Source: a virus (taxonomy: Duplodnaviria > Heunggongvirae > Uroviricota > Caudoviricetes). From it: a stretch of 64,000 nucleotides of DNA. Shown in pieces: positions 32,036-42,652 of the stretch. The stretch lies in IMG/VR virus record IMGVR_UViG_3300021255_000114, positions 103,942 to 167,941 of that record; one strand, given 5' to 3'. Each line of letters opens with the position of its first letter. Position 1 is the first letter of the stretch. Made by a program: the position numbers and the translations under genes. The notes beneath the pieces were generated by a model. It was not told the DNA's origin. It did no database searches and saw only the letters and a program-made list of their open reading frames with translations.

Positions 32036-32557
32036 ATGGCAAGACTTAAAATTCAATTTACAGAGGATCAGATTAAACTAATTAAAAACCTTCGTTTCAC
32101 TCAGATTGAACCGAATTTTTCAGTAACCCCATGCCACGAGGATGTGAGTGTTAAGGACGTCGGTAATGGGCGATATAATATTTCAAACATCGTCAGAATT
32201 GACGGTAAACCGGTGGCTGAATCAATTGCACCTATCGAGGTTCTAAACAATTCTGATTTTGGGGATAATCTATACGGCATTGATACCTACAACCTTTGGG
32301 GCGGAACATATATCTATGAAGACATTGCCTACATCATAGGTAAGATGGACAAAGTTATTGAAGGCACTCTTGAGGATCCGGCCGGACCGAAATTCGACGA
32401 GGAAACAACACAGTACATGGATGAACTTGCTTCCTTTATTATAGACAATCTTACAAACATCGAGGAAATCCTCCATCAGTTCTGTACGGAAGGAATTCAG
32501 GCCGGTGTGGTATATACCTGCAAGCCAAACGAACATCTATGGTCAAAGGGAGAATAA
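32036..32557 (+). CDS. Hypothetical protein
   Basis: 173-aa ORF after TAGTATATTT motif at 32005. Confidence 0.6.
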   Translation: MARLKIQFTEDQIKLIKNLRFTQIEPNFSVTPCHEDVSVKDVGNGRYNISNIVRIDGKPVAESIAPIEVLNNSDFGDNLYGIDTYNLWGGTYIYEDIAYIIGKMDKVIEGTLEDPAGPKFDEETTQYMDELASFIIDNLTNIEEILHQFCTEGIQAGVVYTCKPNEHLWSKGE

Positions 32558-32585
32558 TCGGAAGGAAAAATATACAAGAAAAATG

Positions 32586-32619
32586 AACGGAAGGTTAAAT
32601 GGCCTTCCGTTTCTTTTTT
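32586..32619 (+). terminator. Terminator between convergent genes
   Basis: AACGGAAGG/CCTTCCGTT stem with A-rich and T-rich flanks. Confidence 0.7.
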
Positions 32620-32632
32620 ATGTGTGATTTTT

Positions 32633-33010
32633 TTAAACACCTGCATTATGAATCATGTCAATAGCTGTGTTGGCTTCACGCGTTGATAGCGGGTCTTCTC
32701 CGGTCAACTGATCCTGGAAAATATGCCTAGCGGAGTCATGATCAACACCTGGATGCAAGGCATATGCAATCTGCGATTTTTTAATCATTGGGTTGTTATC
32801 AAGGATATTTTTCAACTGGCCACGGGCGGTGTCTGTTGCACCAACGGTATCTTTTTCCTTATCATCATCTTTTTTTCCGCCTTCAAACACCCCTTCGTTG
32901 TACATTTTTCGAAGTTCATTTTTAACAATCTCACGGATTGCCTGACGTTCAACATCCTCTCTAATAACTTGACGGACGCTTTCTTTTATATATTTCTTGA
33001 TGGTATTCAT
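32633..33010 (-). CDS. Hypothetical protein with shared IKE..RQVIRE N-terminal motif
   Basis: ORF with TATTTATA motif upstream on minus strand (33041). Confidence 0.6.
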   Translation of the reverse strand: MNTIKKYIKESVRQVIREDVERQAIREIVKNELRKMYNEGVFEGGKKDDDKEKDTVGATDTARGQLKNILDNNPMIKKSQIAYALHPGVDHDSARHIFQDQLTGEDPLSTREANTAIDMIHNAGV

Positions 33011-33094
33011 ATTTTTCAGAAAAAAGTATTTTTATTTGTCTATAAATAGTCTGAAAATAGTATATTTGTAAAAAAAGAAATATAAATATAAATT

Positions 33095-33607
33095 ATGGAA
33101 TATAGAATGTATTGCCTTGCTGAGAGGCATTTATCAATTGCACAAAAAACGATTCAAGCAGCACACGCCATTGTAGAGTATTCACTTAAATTCGGTGATA
33201 CTGAGGAATACAAACATTGGGCTAACTATGATAAAACCATCATTGTATTGGATGGAGGGAATACGTCTGATATAAAGAGTGATATTGTCAAATTGACTGA
33301 TATTGGGCACAATTATGAAATATTTATGGAGCCTGATATGGACAATTTTGTAACATGTATTGCATTTCTCGCCGACGAACGCGTTTTTGATTATGACAAA
33401 TACGGAAGGAATTTCGAGGAATGGAGAAATTTAAAAATTTTGGAGAGTAATAGGCAACAAACCTATACAGATCCAGAAACCGGCATTACAAGAATAAATG
33501 CCGTGTACATTATGCCACCAACTTATCCGGAGTGGATGGAATTGATTGGCGGTGAAAAACAGGAAAAATTAAAAGAAATAATTTCAGCCAAACGACTTGC
33601 TCAATGA
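33095..33607 (+). CDS. Peptidyl-tRNA hydrolase, Pth2-like
   Basis: QAAHA, IIVL, EPD...TCIA motifs. Confidence 0.65.
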   Translation: MEYRMYCLAERHLSIAQKTIQAAHAIVEYSLKFGDTEEYKHWANYDKTIIVLDGGNTSDIKSDIVKLTDIGHNYEIFMEPDMDNFVTCIAFLADERVFDYDKYGRNFEEWRNLKILESNRQQTYTDPETGITRINAVYIMPPTYPEWMELIGGEKQEKLKEIISAKRLAQ

Positions 33608-33629
33608 AAATTGAAGAATTTTTTGAAAA

Positions 33630-34403
33630 ATGTTGGAAACGAATAAAATCTATAATTTGAATTGTCTTGATGGGTTGGATCAATTGGATGACCAATCTAT
33701 TGATTTGGTGGTTACTTCACCCCCTTATGACTACATGCGCCAATACTCAGGTGCGATTTCAGCGTGGAATTGGGATGTGTTTTGCCAAACGGTTGAAAAA
33801 CTATATCGCGTTATGAAGGGTGGTGGCGTAGTTGTGTGGGTGATAGGTGATCAAACAAAAAATGGTTCAGAAAGCGGTACATCATTTAGACAAGTGATTT
33901 ATTTTATGGAAGTTGGGTTCAATCTTAACGACACAATGATTTACAAGAAAAAGAATCCAATGCCGATGGTTCAACAGCCGAGATATAACCAGGAATTTGA
34001 GTATATGTTCGTATTCTCAAAAGGTAAACCGAAAACATTCAATCCAATAATGATTCCAACCAAATGTGGTGGACAGATATATGATTCAACTTGTAAAAAC
34101 ATTGACGGTGAATCAGGGCGCACACACAAAACCTTCAAGATAAACGCGGAAAAGGTTCACGGTAATATATTTGAAATTGCAGTTGCAAGAAATCGAAGTG
34201 CGCATCCGGCTGTTTTTCCGGAAGAACTTGCGAAAATCCACATTCAAACTTGGAGCAATGAAGGTGATTTGGTTCTTGACCCGTTTGTTGGAAGCGGAAC
34301 GACAGCGAAAGTTGCAAGGGATATGAATCGACACTACATAGGTTTCGATGTTTCAGAAGAATATTGTAAAATCGCGGAAGAGAGATTGAATTATGTTATT
34401 TGA
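33630..34403 (+). CDS. Beta-class amino (N4-C/N6-A) DNA methyltransferase
   Basis: TSPPY precedes HPAVFP and DPFVGSGTT. Confidence 0.9.
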   Translation: MLETNKIYNLNCLDGLDQLDDQSIDLVVTSPPYDYMRQYSGAISAWNWDVFCQTVEKLYRVMKGGGVVVWVIGDQTKNGSESGTSFRQVIYFMEVGFNLNDTMIYKKKNPMPMVQQPRYNQEFEYMFVFSKGKPKTFNPIMIPTKCGGQIYDSTCKNIDGESGRTHKTFKINAEKVHGNIFEIAVARNRSAHPAVFPEELAKIHIQTWSNEGDLVLDPFVGSGTTAKVARDMNRHYIGFDVSEEYCKIAEERLNYVI

Positions 34404-35298
34404 TGACATTGACACAAACATTCAAGAAATTATCACAAAGGGTGATTTCGCAAAGAAGCAATCAAACAAACTTCCTGAGTTCTCAGGATTGTGGAGAAAT
34501 GAATTTGCCCCATCGAACCATATAGGACATACCAACAAGCTGTTGCACAAGTACAGGATAGTTTATGTATACGGTGATTTCAACCATAAATTGTGTGAAT
34601 TCATTAAAGATTATCTTGATGATCCGGATCCTACATTCAATTACAACAAATATACGGGTTCGTGGAAACATGGAAGGAGTGTTAAACAGATTGAATGTAT
34701 AGCAAATCACATTTCAAGGCGTTGTAATGAAGAAAAAATCACATTTTCCGACGGCATGGAAAATGACATTGAGAAATTAATGTGTCTTATCATCAATCAT
34801 GCCTGTACTGAAACATTGGCCGGAAAATATGGGGAAATGATTGTTGAAGAGTATTTCAAATCATTTGGTTTGGAACGTAGAAACGAAACTGATAATGTTC
34901 CGGATTCCTTGTGGGACAGCAACGGTGTAGATATACTTTTATATAAGGGAAATAAAATATTCAGGTTTGTACAAGTTAAGCCCATATCATTTATGGTAGG
35001 TAATAAACCTGATTTAGTAACAGACAGAAAGAAATGCACTGAGCAAAACCAACAGTTTGTTGATGATTACCTTCAAACGCATTATCTTGAGGCACACGAG
35101 AAAATAAGGCCTGAGATTATCTACTGTTTCTATGACGGGAAATACCGTTTTATCAATTTCAAGGGAAATGCGAGTGACGATGGTGTATTCGTAACATATA
35201 ATGATTTTGCGAACGGAGATGGCAAGGCAAAATATACATTATCACAAATTTCGAAGTTCCCGAAGGTTTATTTAACAAATTTTAAGAAAAAAGATTAA
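34393..35298 (+). CDS. Putative PD-(D/E)xK restriction-type endonuclease
   Basis: GE...E, GVDILL...VQVKP; lies between two methylases. Confidence 0.55.
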   Translation: MLFDDIDTNIQEIITKGDFAKKQSNKLPEFSGLWRNEFAPSNHIGHTNKLLHKYRIVYVYGDFNHKLCEFIKDYLDDPDPTFNYNKYTGSWKHGRSVKQIECIANHISRRCNEEKITFSDGMENDIEKLMCLIINHACTETLAGKYGEMIVEEYFKSFGLERRNETDNVPDSLWDSNGVDILLYKGNKIFRFVQVKPISFMVGNKPDLVTDRKKCTEQNQQFVDDYLQTHYLEAHEKIRPEIIYCFYDGKYRFINFKGNASDDGVFVTYNDFANGDGKAKYTLSQISKFPKVYLTNFKKKD

Positions 35299-35356
35299 GC
35301 AATACATATTTTTTTTAAGTATCTTTGCTATGTTGAAAAATAAAAAATAAGAATTT

Positions 35357-36112
35357 ATGCGATATCAAGGAAGCAAAGCAAGATTAGCAAAACACATTAT
35401 TCCTTTTATCTCCGAACATCTTACAGAGGGAAAACTCTTTATTGATTTGTTCGCTGGTGGAATGAATTTGGTGGATAAAATAGAACATGAGAATAAGATT
35501 GCACTTGACATAAATTACTATGTCATATCTTTATGGAAGGAGATACAGAAGAACGGTATGAAGAACATTCCGTCAAATGTAACCGAGGATATGTACTACA
35601 GAGTCAAGGATGCATTCATTAACGGCAAACAGGATTACGAGGATTATATCACGGGTTATGTGGCCACATGCTGCTCATATGGTGGTGGGTGGTTCAATGG
35701 ATATGCCCACTTCAATCCGAAGAAGAATGAGGATCATATCAAAGAAGCCTATAACGGTATCAAAAAACAGGCTGACAGTTTCAAGTATCTTGATAAAACG
35801 GTATTTGAACATGGGGATTACCGTGATATAGAGGATTATGTTGATTTGAGAAAGGCCGTTATATATGCGGACCCTCCTTACGAATCGAAGAAAAAATACA
35901 TCGAAGACTTCGACAATTTCGCGTTTTGGCTTTGGGTTAGGCAAATAAATGAAAAATACGGGACTCCGATATATGTATCCGAATATGATGCCCCGTCAGA
36001 CTTCAAATGTGTGTGGCAGAAAAGTGTCCCTGATGGCATGGGGACTACCAAAACGGGCACGAAACAGAAACGTAAAATAGAGAAATTGTTTATATACAAT
36101 GGCGAGAGCTGA
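35357..36112 (+). CDS. Dam/D12-class DNA adenine methyltransferase
   Basis: YQGSK, DLFAGG, DPPY. Confidence 0.9.
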   Translation: MRYQGSKARLAKHIIPFISEHLTEGKLFIDLFAGGMNLVDKIEHENKIALDINYYVISLWKEIQKNGMKNIPSNVTEDMYYRVKDAFINGKQDYEDYITGYVATCCSYGGGWFNGYAHFNPKKNEDHIKEAYNGIKKQADSFKYLDKTVFEHGDYRDIEDYVDLRKAVIYADPPYESKKKYIEDFDNFAFWLWVRQINEKYGTPIYVSEYDAPSDFKCVWQKSVPDGMGTTKTGTKQKRKIEKLFIYNGES

Positions 36113-36497
36113 GCGAATATGCAAGACGGAGAACGACATGCTTGGTGAGAATGTGTTTGATGTTTCAAGACCCAACACGCTTTCAAACCCATTCACACAT
36201 ATCAAAGATAAAAAGACTTTGGCCAAAAGAGTAGTCAAGGATAGGGAAACTGCAATAAGACTTTACAAGGAATACTTCGACGAAATGGTCAAAAGGGAGA
36301 ATTCCGAATTCAAGAAGGAATTTGACCGAATGTACGAAGCATATTTGAAGTATGATACAATATACATTAAATGCTACTGTAAATTAGATGAATCATGCCA
36401 TGGAGACTATATTATAAAGAAACTCAATCAAAGGTTAGTAAAAAGTAAAATCGATGAAGTTTTAAACAAACGCACTAACGAGGAAGCGAACGATTGA
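36099..36497 (+). CDS. DUF4326-like protein
   Basis: RP..LSNPF, CYC...CHGD. Confidence 0.7.
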   Translation: MARAERICKTENDMLGENVFDVSRPNTLSNPFTHIKDKKTLAKRVVKDRETAIRLYKEYFDEMVKRENSEFKKEFDRMYEAYLKYDTIYIKCYCKLDESCHGDYIIKKLNQRLVKSKIDEVLNKRTNEEAND

Positions 36498-36798
36498 AAT
36501 AAGGATTTTCCATAAGGATATCAACAGTTCTCTGTGTTTCCTCGCAAATGTTTTTGAAATTGAGAATTTCGTCCGTGGATAAACTGAACCATTCGCCATG
36601 TTCGCGTTCTGAACAAAATTTTGTGTGAAGCAATTTCTCCAGTTTGAATGGATACTGTGACTTAAACCAAGAGACGATATGTAGTTCAGTACCGTTTCCT
36701 GTCTGAAGTTTCTTTATACGTTTCTCAATCGAACCGGTTGTAACGCCTATTTTATAATACTCGTTTTTAGGTTCACAAATTAAATATACATAACCCAT
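36475..36798 (-). CDS. GIY-YIG (T5orf172-like) domain protein
   Basis: GYVYLI...YKIGVT...RIKKLQTGN...E..LH...GEWF. Confidence 0.8.
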   Translation of the reverse strand: MGYVYLICEPKNEYYKIGVTTGSIEKRIKKLQTGNGTELHIVSWFKSQYPFKLEKLLHTKFCSEREHGEWFSLSTDEILNFKNICEETQRTVDILMENPYFNRSLPR

Positions 36799-36817
36799 AT
36801 CAACAATAAATACCAAT

Positions 36818-37018
36818 ATGATTACCAAAAACATTTGCCCGGCACATCATTTCAGATATACCGGTAATCGTTGCCCTATCTGCGAAAAAGAAAGAATCAA
36901 CAATATGGTTAAACGTTATACTCAAAAGGAAGAACCCATTGTCGAAGAAAAAAAATCCGAATACAAAAACCTCGATTGGAACGACCTTTCTGAAAAATTC
37001 AAAATTAGTGCTTTATGA
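36818..37018 (+). CDS. Small hypothetical protein (CxxH/CxxC)
   Basis: ORF coupled to the next gene. Confidence 0.5.
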   Translation: MITKNICPAHHFRYTGNRCPICEKERINNMVKRYTQKEEPIVEEKKSEYKNLDWNDLSEKFKISAL

Positions 37019-37269
37019 TAGTAGTCAACGATACTTTAATGATTAACCCATATAACGTGGCTTATATCAGAAAAGATAATGTATGTGGAGGGCGATTTCG
37101 TGTTTCGTTGTATGGATTAGGACCAACCGGTAGAATCGATATCGGGGACGCGTTCTTTCAAAACGAATGCGAAGCGGAATTATTCATGGATTACTGCTGC
37201 GAGGAGATTGACAAGGCCAATGGCGTTTATCAAAAAACAGAAGAACTAAACGAGGAAAATATATGTTAA
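37015..37269 (+). CDS. Hypothetical protein
   Basis: ATGA-coupled ORF. Confidence 0.5.
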   Translation: MIVVNDTLMINPYNVAYIRKDNVCGGRFRVSLYGLGPTGRIDIGDAFFQNECEAELFMDYCCEEIDKANGVYQKTEELNEENIC

Positions 37270-37478
37270 TTAATATTAAAACAAACGGTGGAACTCTTTT
37301 CCTGGACATAGATGGTATTGATGCTATGTATTTTGATGCTATTTCTGATAAACTATGTGTTTATAGGAAAGGTCAAAGCGATGCGCTTTCTTATTACATG
37401 AATAAATTGAATAGAGACGAAGCCATCAAACAGATAATCAAAGTAATTAATAACGAACCCAAATCAAATCTTGAATAA
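37263..37478 (+). CDS. Hypothetical protein
   Basis: Overlapping-operon ORF. Confidence 0.5.
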   Translation: MLINIKTNGGTLFLDIDGIDAMYFDAISDKLCVYRKGQSDALSYYMNKLNRDEAIKQIIKVINNEPKSNLE

Positions 37479-37479
37479 C

Positions 37480-38724
37480 ATGAAAAAATATACATTTGAA
37501 GATATCGAGAAGAACGGACTGTTGTTATATAGATATTACAGAGGTTCGCATACGTACGGGACCAATGTAGTTGATGAGAACGGTAATGATTTATCCGATT
37601 GGGATGAAGGAGGAGTTTATATTGAACCGATCAATCAAGTACTTGGCCTTGGGTATGATTTTCAAGATGAAATTGCCGATGAAAAACATGATAAAGTATG
37701 GTATGGCCTTAAAAAGTATATGAATCTATTGTGTACTTCAAACCCCAATATACTTGAAAGTTTGTTCGTTGATGATGAATTTGTTATTTACGAACATCCA
37801 ATTATCACCGAAATTAAAAAACATCGTCAGGAGTTTGTTACCAAAGAGTGTTTCAAATCGTTTTTAGGGTATTCGTATCAACAAATAAAAAAAGCCACTG
37901 GTTATAATAAAATGTGTATTCAACCCATTGAAACGCGTAAATGGCCACTTGATTTTTGTTACACCACCTACAAGCAAGGTACGGCCAATATGTGTGAATG
38001 GCTTAAGAATCGTGGCCTTGAACAGCGTTTTTGTGGATTAGTTTCATTGAACAATATGCCTATGTGTTACGGTGTATTCTATGATTGGGGTGCGCATAAC
38101 TCAGAGAAATACAATACTTACGAAGAATTTCTAAAAGATGCACCTTATTATAGTTTTGTTGTGGGATGTATTTGCAAAGGTATTTACGATGTGCAGCAAA
38201 AAATGAAGGCATGGTTTGAAAACACACAAACTCCAATTGGATATCGTGGCATTGTTCGTGATGACGGTAACAGTGATGATATCCGTTGCAGTTCAGTCGA
38301 AAAAGATATCCTCCCCATCTGTACCATGTGTTACAACAAGAACGGGTTCGAAACACATTGCCGTAAGTATAAGGAATATCAGATTTGGGTGGAAAAAAGA
38401 AATCCACAACGTTATCAAGATAATCTTGGGCACAATTTTGATGCAAAAAACGTAAGCCATTGTTTTAGACTGCTTTACATGGGTCTTGAGATTGCTAAAA
38501 CAGGCGAAGTTCATGTTAACAGGCGTGATATAGACGCTGAATTTCTTCGTGACATTCGTAATCACAAGTACGATTATGATACACTCATGAAACAACTTGT
38601 TGGCAAGAAGGAAGAACTTGAGGAAGCGATAGCCAACTCAACAATTCCTGATAGTATTAATCGTGAACATATAAACAATTTACTTCTTGATATTCGTCGA
38701 AAGTATCAATTAAATAGCATTTAG
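37480..38724 (+). CDS. Pol-beta superfamily nucleotidyltransferase, RlaP/YcgL-like
   Basis: RGSHTYG...SDWD, NPNILESL, FDAKNVSHCFRLL. Confidence 0.75.
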   Translation: MKKYTFEDIEKNGLLLYRYYRGSHTYGTNVVDENGNDLSDWDEGGVYIEPINQVLGLGYDFQDEIADEKHDKVWYGLKKYMNLLCTSNPNILESLFVDDEFVIYEHPIITEIKKHRQEFVTKECFKSFLGYSYQQIKKATGYNKMCIQPIETRKWPLDFCYTTYKQGTANMCEWLKNRGLEQRFCGLVSLNNMPMCYGVFYDWGAHNSEKYNTYEEFLKDAPYYSFVVGCICKGIYDVQQKMKAWFENTQTPIGYRGIVRDDGNSDDIRCSSVEKDILPICTMCYNKNGFETHCRKYKEYQIWVEKRNPQRYQDNLGHNFDAKNVSHCFRLLYMGLEIAKTGEVHVNRRDIDAEFLRDIRNHKYDYDTLMKQLVGKKEELEEAIANSTIPDSINREHINNLLLDIRRKYQLNSI

Positions 38725-38725
38725 T

Positions 38726-39721
38726 ATGTTAAGAAAAGAAATCCTATATACTCTTGATGATGTTGCAATTCAACCGGCAACGGTTTCTGACATAAACCAT
38801 AGGAAAGAATGCAATCCGTACATAGACGGTTTTCTACCGATTTTTACGTCACCGATGCCTAATGTTGTGGATAAGAACACATTCAAGAGATATTTGAATG
38901 CGAAGATAAATCCTATTCTGCCTCGCAATACAGGAAGTCTATCTGAAAAAATAAAACTGGCGTTCGAAAATGACATCTTTGCGGCATATTCCTTGGATGA
39001 GGCGGAAGAAATTGCAAAGGGAATAACAATGCCTCATGGCACCATAAAACTCCTTATAGATATCGCAAATGGAAACATGAGGAAATTGTTTCATACGATT
39101 GGTTCCATCAAGTCTAAATACCCCAACGCAATCCTAATGGCCGGTAACATTGCCAACCCGGAGACATATAGACATTTGTATGAAAATGGGGCTGACTATG
39201 TCAGACTTTCCATAGGAACAGGTTCGGCATGCAACACTTCAACATATACAGGTGTCTATTATCCAATGGCTTCTTTGATTGACAAATGTGCTTCAATGGA
39301 TTTGCCTTGCAAGATTATCGCCGATGGTGGCATTTCAAACTATCGCAATGCAATAAAGGCACTTGCACTTGGTGCCAACTATGTAATGATGGGTGGCGCA
39401 TTGAATAAACTGAAAGATTCGGCGGGGTTTGTATTTGATAAACTTGACAATGATGGTTTCAGGGAATATAAATTATATTATGGTATGGCTTCGGAACGTG
39501 GCCAAGAGGACTTGAAAGGGAATTTTACTTCTGCACCGGAAGGGAAAGTCATAAGAACCCCAATGAGCAAGTTGACAATTGCTGATTTTGCAAAGGAATT
39601 CGAGTCATATTTGAAGTCCTCAATGTCTTATTGCGGATTTAATAATATCAGTGATTTTTCAGCATACACTGTTTTGAATGTAATTTCGGATTCAGCACAA
39701 AAACAGTTCAACAAGGATTAA
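38726..39721 (+). CDS. GMP reductase/IMP dehydrogenase family
   Basis: IDIANG, MAGNIA, IGTGSACNT catalytic Cys loop, IIADGGI, YGMAS. Confidence 0.85.
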   Translation: MLRKEILYTLDDVAIQPATVSDINHRKECNPYIDGFLPIFTSPMPNVVDKNTFKRYLNAKINPILPRNTGSLSEKIKLAFENDIFAAYSLDEAEEIAKGITMPHGTIKLLIDIANGNMRKLFHTIGSIKSKYPNAILMAGNIANPETYRHLYENGADYVRLSIGTGSACNTSTYTGVYYPMASLIDKCASMDLPCKIIADGGISNYRNAIKALALGANYVMMGGALNKLKDSAGFVFDKLDNDGFREYKLYYGMASERGQEDLKGNFTSAPEGKVIRTPMSKLTIADFAKEFESYLKSSMSYCGFNNISDFSAYTVLNVISDSAQKQFNKD

Positions 39722-40337
39722 CCTCTTGGTTTTCTTCGTATAAGGGTTTTGTTGAATAGATGCTTCTTATAACATCGCAACTTTTATCCTTCGGTTCTGT
39801 TACTGCACCAAGACTTAATAACCAAGCATCGGCACCATAGGTTTGTTTTATGGCTTCTCTTGCTTGGTTATATGTAAGCCCACTATCAATTACGTTGTCG
39901 ATAAGTATCACGTTGCTGGCGGTTCTTATTTGTTGCATAACGGATTCGTCATAATATGCACTGAAATTGAGATTTAGATTACTAATGCCACGCATTTTCT
40001 GCATATATAAAGTGGTGTCGCGTTTTGCCATTGACAATACATCAATAACTCTTGCCTTTGATAATTGTGCTATGCGCTTGGCAAGTTTAAGGGTGTATTC
40101 TGCCTGACCGGTGTGTTGCGGTATTGGAATAAGTACAGAACGAGGAGGAACATATTTGTACATTAACAGGGCGGCACGGTCAATGGCATCTGGGTCACCG
40201 GCTTTAACATCATGTGCCAAATGCCGTACTTCACCATAAGATGCACCAAGGCAAGCGCTTGTTTCATAAAGTTCGTGAAGCACTTCCTTGATGATGTTAC
40301 GTATATGCTCTTCTGTTAAATATACCACTTTCTGCAT
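39708..40337 (-). CDS. Type I phosphoribosyltransferase (ComF-like) with shared N-terminal leader motif
   Basis: LIPIP, VILIDNVIDSGLT PRPP-binding loop; N-terminus LTEEHIRNIIKEVLHE. Confidence 0.75.
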   Translation of the reverse strand: MQKVVYLTEEHIRNIIKEVLHELYETSACLGASYGEVRHLAHDVKAGDPDAIDRAALLMYKYVPPRSVLIPIPQHTGQAEYTLKLAKRIAQLSKARVIDVLSMAKRDTTLYMQKMRGISNLNLNFSAYYDESVMQQIRTASNVILIDNVIDSGLTYNQAREAIKQTYGADAWLLSLGAVTEPKDKSCDVIRSIYSTKPLYEENQEVNPC

Positions 40338-40445
40338 GACATATATAAATATGCTTTAAGAAAGTTTAATATTCCGGTATTAGCATATTCTTTTGATTTT
40401 GCTATCTTTATTTGTTGAATATTAAGAAAAATTAAAAATAAGAAG

Positions 40446-41864
40446 ATGACAATTAAAAAATTTAAAGAAATTGTTACTTGGCTCAGTGAAGTAATTAAAG
40501 GTAGCCTTTGGGAAACGCATATCTTCGTTGTCGGAGGTGCTGTGCGTGATTTTGTTATGAATGAGCCGATTAAAGATATCGACATTGTTGTGGACATACC
40601 TAACGGTGGCATTAATTTTGCTAAGTGGATGGAGGAAAATGGATATACCAAGGGTTCGGTTGTAACTTATCCTACATACGGAACTGCTATGTTCCGGCTG
40701 GCCAAGTTCCCTGACATCGAACTTGAGTGTGTTCAGACAAGGGGAGAGCAATATCACAACAAGAACAGTAGAAACCCCGAAACACACTATGCCTCCATTG
40801 AGGAAGATGCGTTTAGAAGAGACTTCACATGTAATGCATTGTATCTCAACGTATTAACAGGTGAAGTGCTCGATGTGACGGGAAAAGGCAGGGAGGACAT
40901 TGATAAACATATTATTCGTGTTACCAATGACAATCCGGATATTGTGTTCAATGATGATCCTTTACGTCTGATGCGTGGTGTAAGAATGGCCTCCCGATTC
41001 GGATGGGACATTGACGATGCAACGTTCGATTCCATGTGTAGAAATGCACACAGACTTGAAATAGTATCCAAGGAACGTATCCAAGACGAGTTCATGAAAA
41101 TACTCTTGTCGAAGAATCCCGTTGGTGGCATGAGAATGTTGAGAAACACCGGGCTGCTTGACCATTTTATCCCCGAATTTGCCCCAACATATAATATGAA
41201 CCAGAACATATACCACGACTATTGTACAGTGTGGCAGCACACCCTGAAAGTCATACAGCATGCCTCTGAAATAGATGATGTAGACAAAAGGTTATTGATG
41301 CTCGGGGCTGTATTTCATGATATTGGAAAAGTGAAAACTTATTCTGAACAAAACGGGAAGGTGCATTTCTATCATCATGAGTTGGAGAGTGAAAAAATGA
41401 CAAGGGAAATTCTTAAAAGGCTGAAATTTCCGAATCACATTATTGACGGAGTGGCATTTATCGTTAAAAATCACATGCGTTTCAAGGGAATTGGGGATAA
41501 CACACCCAAGGATAAATCCATCAGAAAATTCCAATACGAATGTGTGACAAGCGAATGTTTCAGATTGGCCATATCTTTGATACATGCCGACAATCTATCG
41601 CATGGAATAAAATATTGCCTGCCCCAACAAGGCCTAAAAATATTGGAAAGATCGGCTGAACTTGTCGCGGACCGTAATGACATGTTCAACTACAAACTCC
41701 CTATAAGTGGGGATGAAATCATGGAGTTCAAAGGAATTAATCCTGGCCCGGAGATAAAAAAATACAAAGAATATCTACTGAAAATGGCATTCAATAATGC
41801 AAAGGAATTAACCAAAGACATGTGCTTTAAATATATCAAAAACATAGATATATCTAAGATTTAG
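40446..41864 (+). CDS. cca: tRNA nucleotidyltransferase (CCA-adding enzyme) with HD domain
   Basis: VGGAVRD, DID, EDAFRRDFTCNAL, DDPLRLMR, ERI..E, FHDIGK. Confidence 0.88.
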   Translation: MTIKKFKEIVTWLSEVIKGSLWETHIFVVGGAVRDFVMNEPIKDIDIVVDIPNGGINFAKWMEENGYTKGSVVTYPTYGTAMFRLAKFPDIELECVQTRGEQYHNKNSRNPETHYASIEEDAFRRDFTCNALYLNVLTGEVLDVTGKGREDIDKHIIRVTNDNPDIVFNDDPLRLMRGVRMASRFGWDIDDATFDSMCRNAHRLEIVSKERIQDEFMKILLSKNPVGGMRMLRNTGLLDHFIPEFAPTYNMNQNIYHDYCTVWQHTLKVIQHASEIDDVDKRLLMLGAVFHDIGKVKTYSEQNGKVHFYHHELESEKMTREILKRLKFPNHIIDGVAFIVKNHMRFKGIGDNTPKDKSIRKFQYECVTSECFRLAISLIHADNLSHGIKYCLPQQGLKILERSAELVADRNDMFNYKLPISGDEIMEFKGINPGPEIKKYKEYLLKMAFNNAKELTKDMCFKYIKNIDISKI

Positions 41865-41890
41865 ACTATTTATAGTAAAATGATTTATAT

Positions 41891-42652
41891 ATGCAGAAGG
41901 TAATAAGGCTTAACGAAACAGATATTAAGGAAATGATAAAAGAAGTCCTACATGAGGCAAGTATAAATGCCAAAAAACGCAATGTTGATAATATTAGGGG
42001 TGCATTTGAAAAAGGTAAAGGCGGATACAATGCAATTAAAACTTTTGCTGTATTTACTGCTGAGAATCCCGATTCGCAAGATGCAGGGCGTGCGCGTAAC
42101 CGTCGTTTTAACAAAAGTCTGATTGGTGATTTGAAAAACGGTGGCTATATTGTGGTACCGGCCAAAGGTAAATTTGGCAATCTTGAGCATTCTTTCATGG
42201 TACTTAATATTGATTTGGGAACTTGCAAGTATCTCTGCGGAAAATATCAACAGACATCGTTTGTTTATCATGTGCTTGAAAACGGACGGGTATTATCACA
42301 ATACTGGGAAAAAGCCGATACGAATGCTCCATATCATCCGGAATCAAATGATTACGTTAAAAAGGACAGTGAAGTAAAATATGTTGATGAATCCGATGCG
42401 GACGACTTTTACACATCAGTCGGTAGTAATCTTGGCAAGGAATTCAAATATTCGATACCGTTTTCCATTTTCAATGAAATGAACGAAAAAATAAATGAGA
42501 ACCTTAAACTTATAATAGAGAATAGGGTCAAAAACGGTTTTAAGGATACGGCAGAGGATATATTCGAGTATGCACACAAACTGAATAATAAAAGCGCGGG
42601 TAATGGGATGTACCGTATGGCCATGCGCAAAGCCATAAACAGGTTGGATTAG
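41891..42652 (+). CDS. Hypothetical protein with shared N-terminal leader motif
   Basis: RLNETDIKEMIKEVLHE; TAENP; TATTTATA motif at 41867. Confidence 0.65.
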   Translation: MQKVIRLNETDIKEMIKEVLHEASINAKKRNVDNIRGAFEKGKGGYNAIKTFAVFTAENPDSQDAGRARNRRFNKSLIGDLKNGGYIVVPAKGKFGNLEHSFMVLNIDLGTCKYLCGKYQQTSFVYHVLENGRVLSQYWEKADTNAPYHPESNDYVKKDSEVKYVDESDADDFYTSVGSNLGKEFKYSIPFSIFNEMNEKINENLKLIIENRVKNGFKDTAEDIFEYAHKLNNKSAGNGMYRMAMRKAINRLD

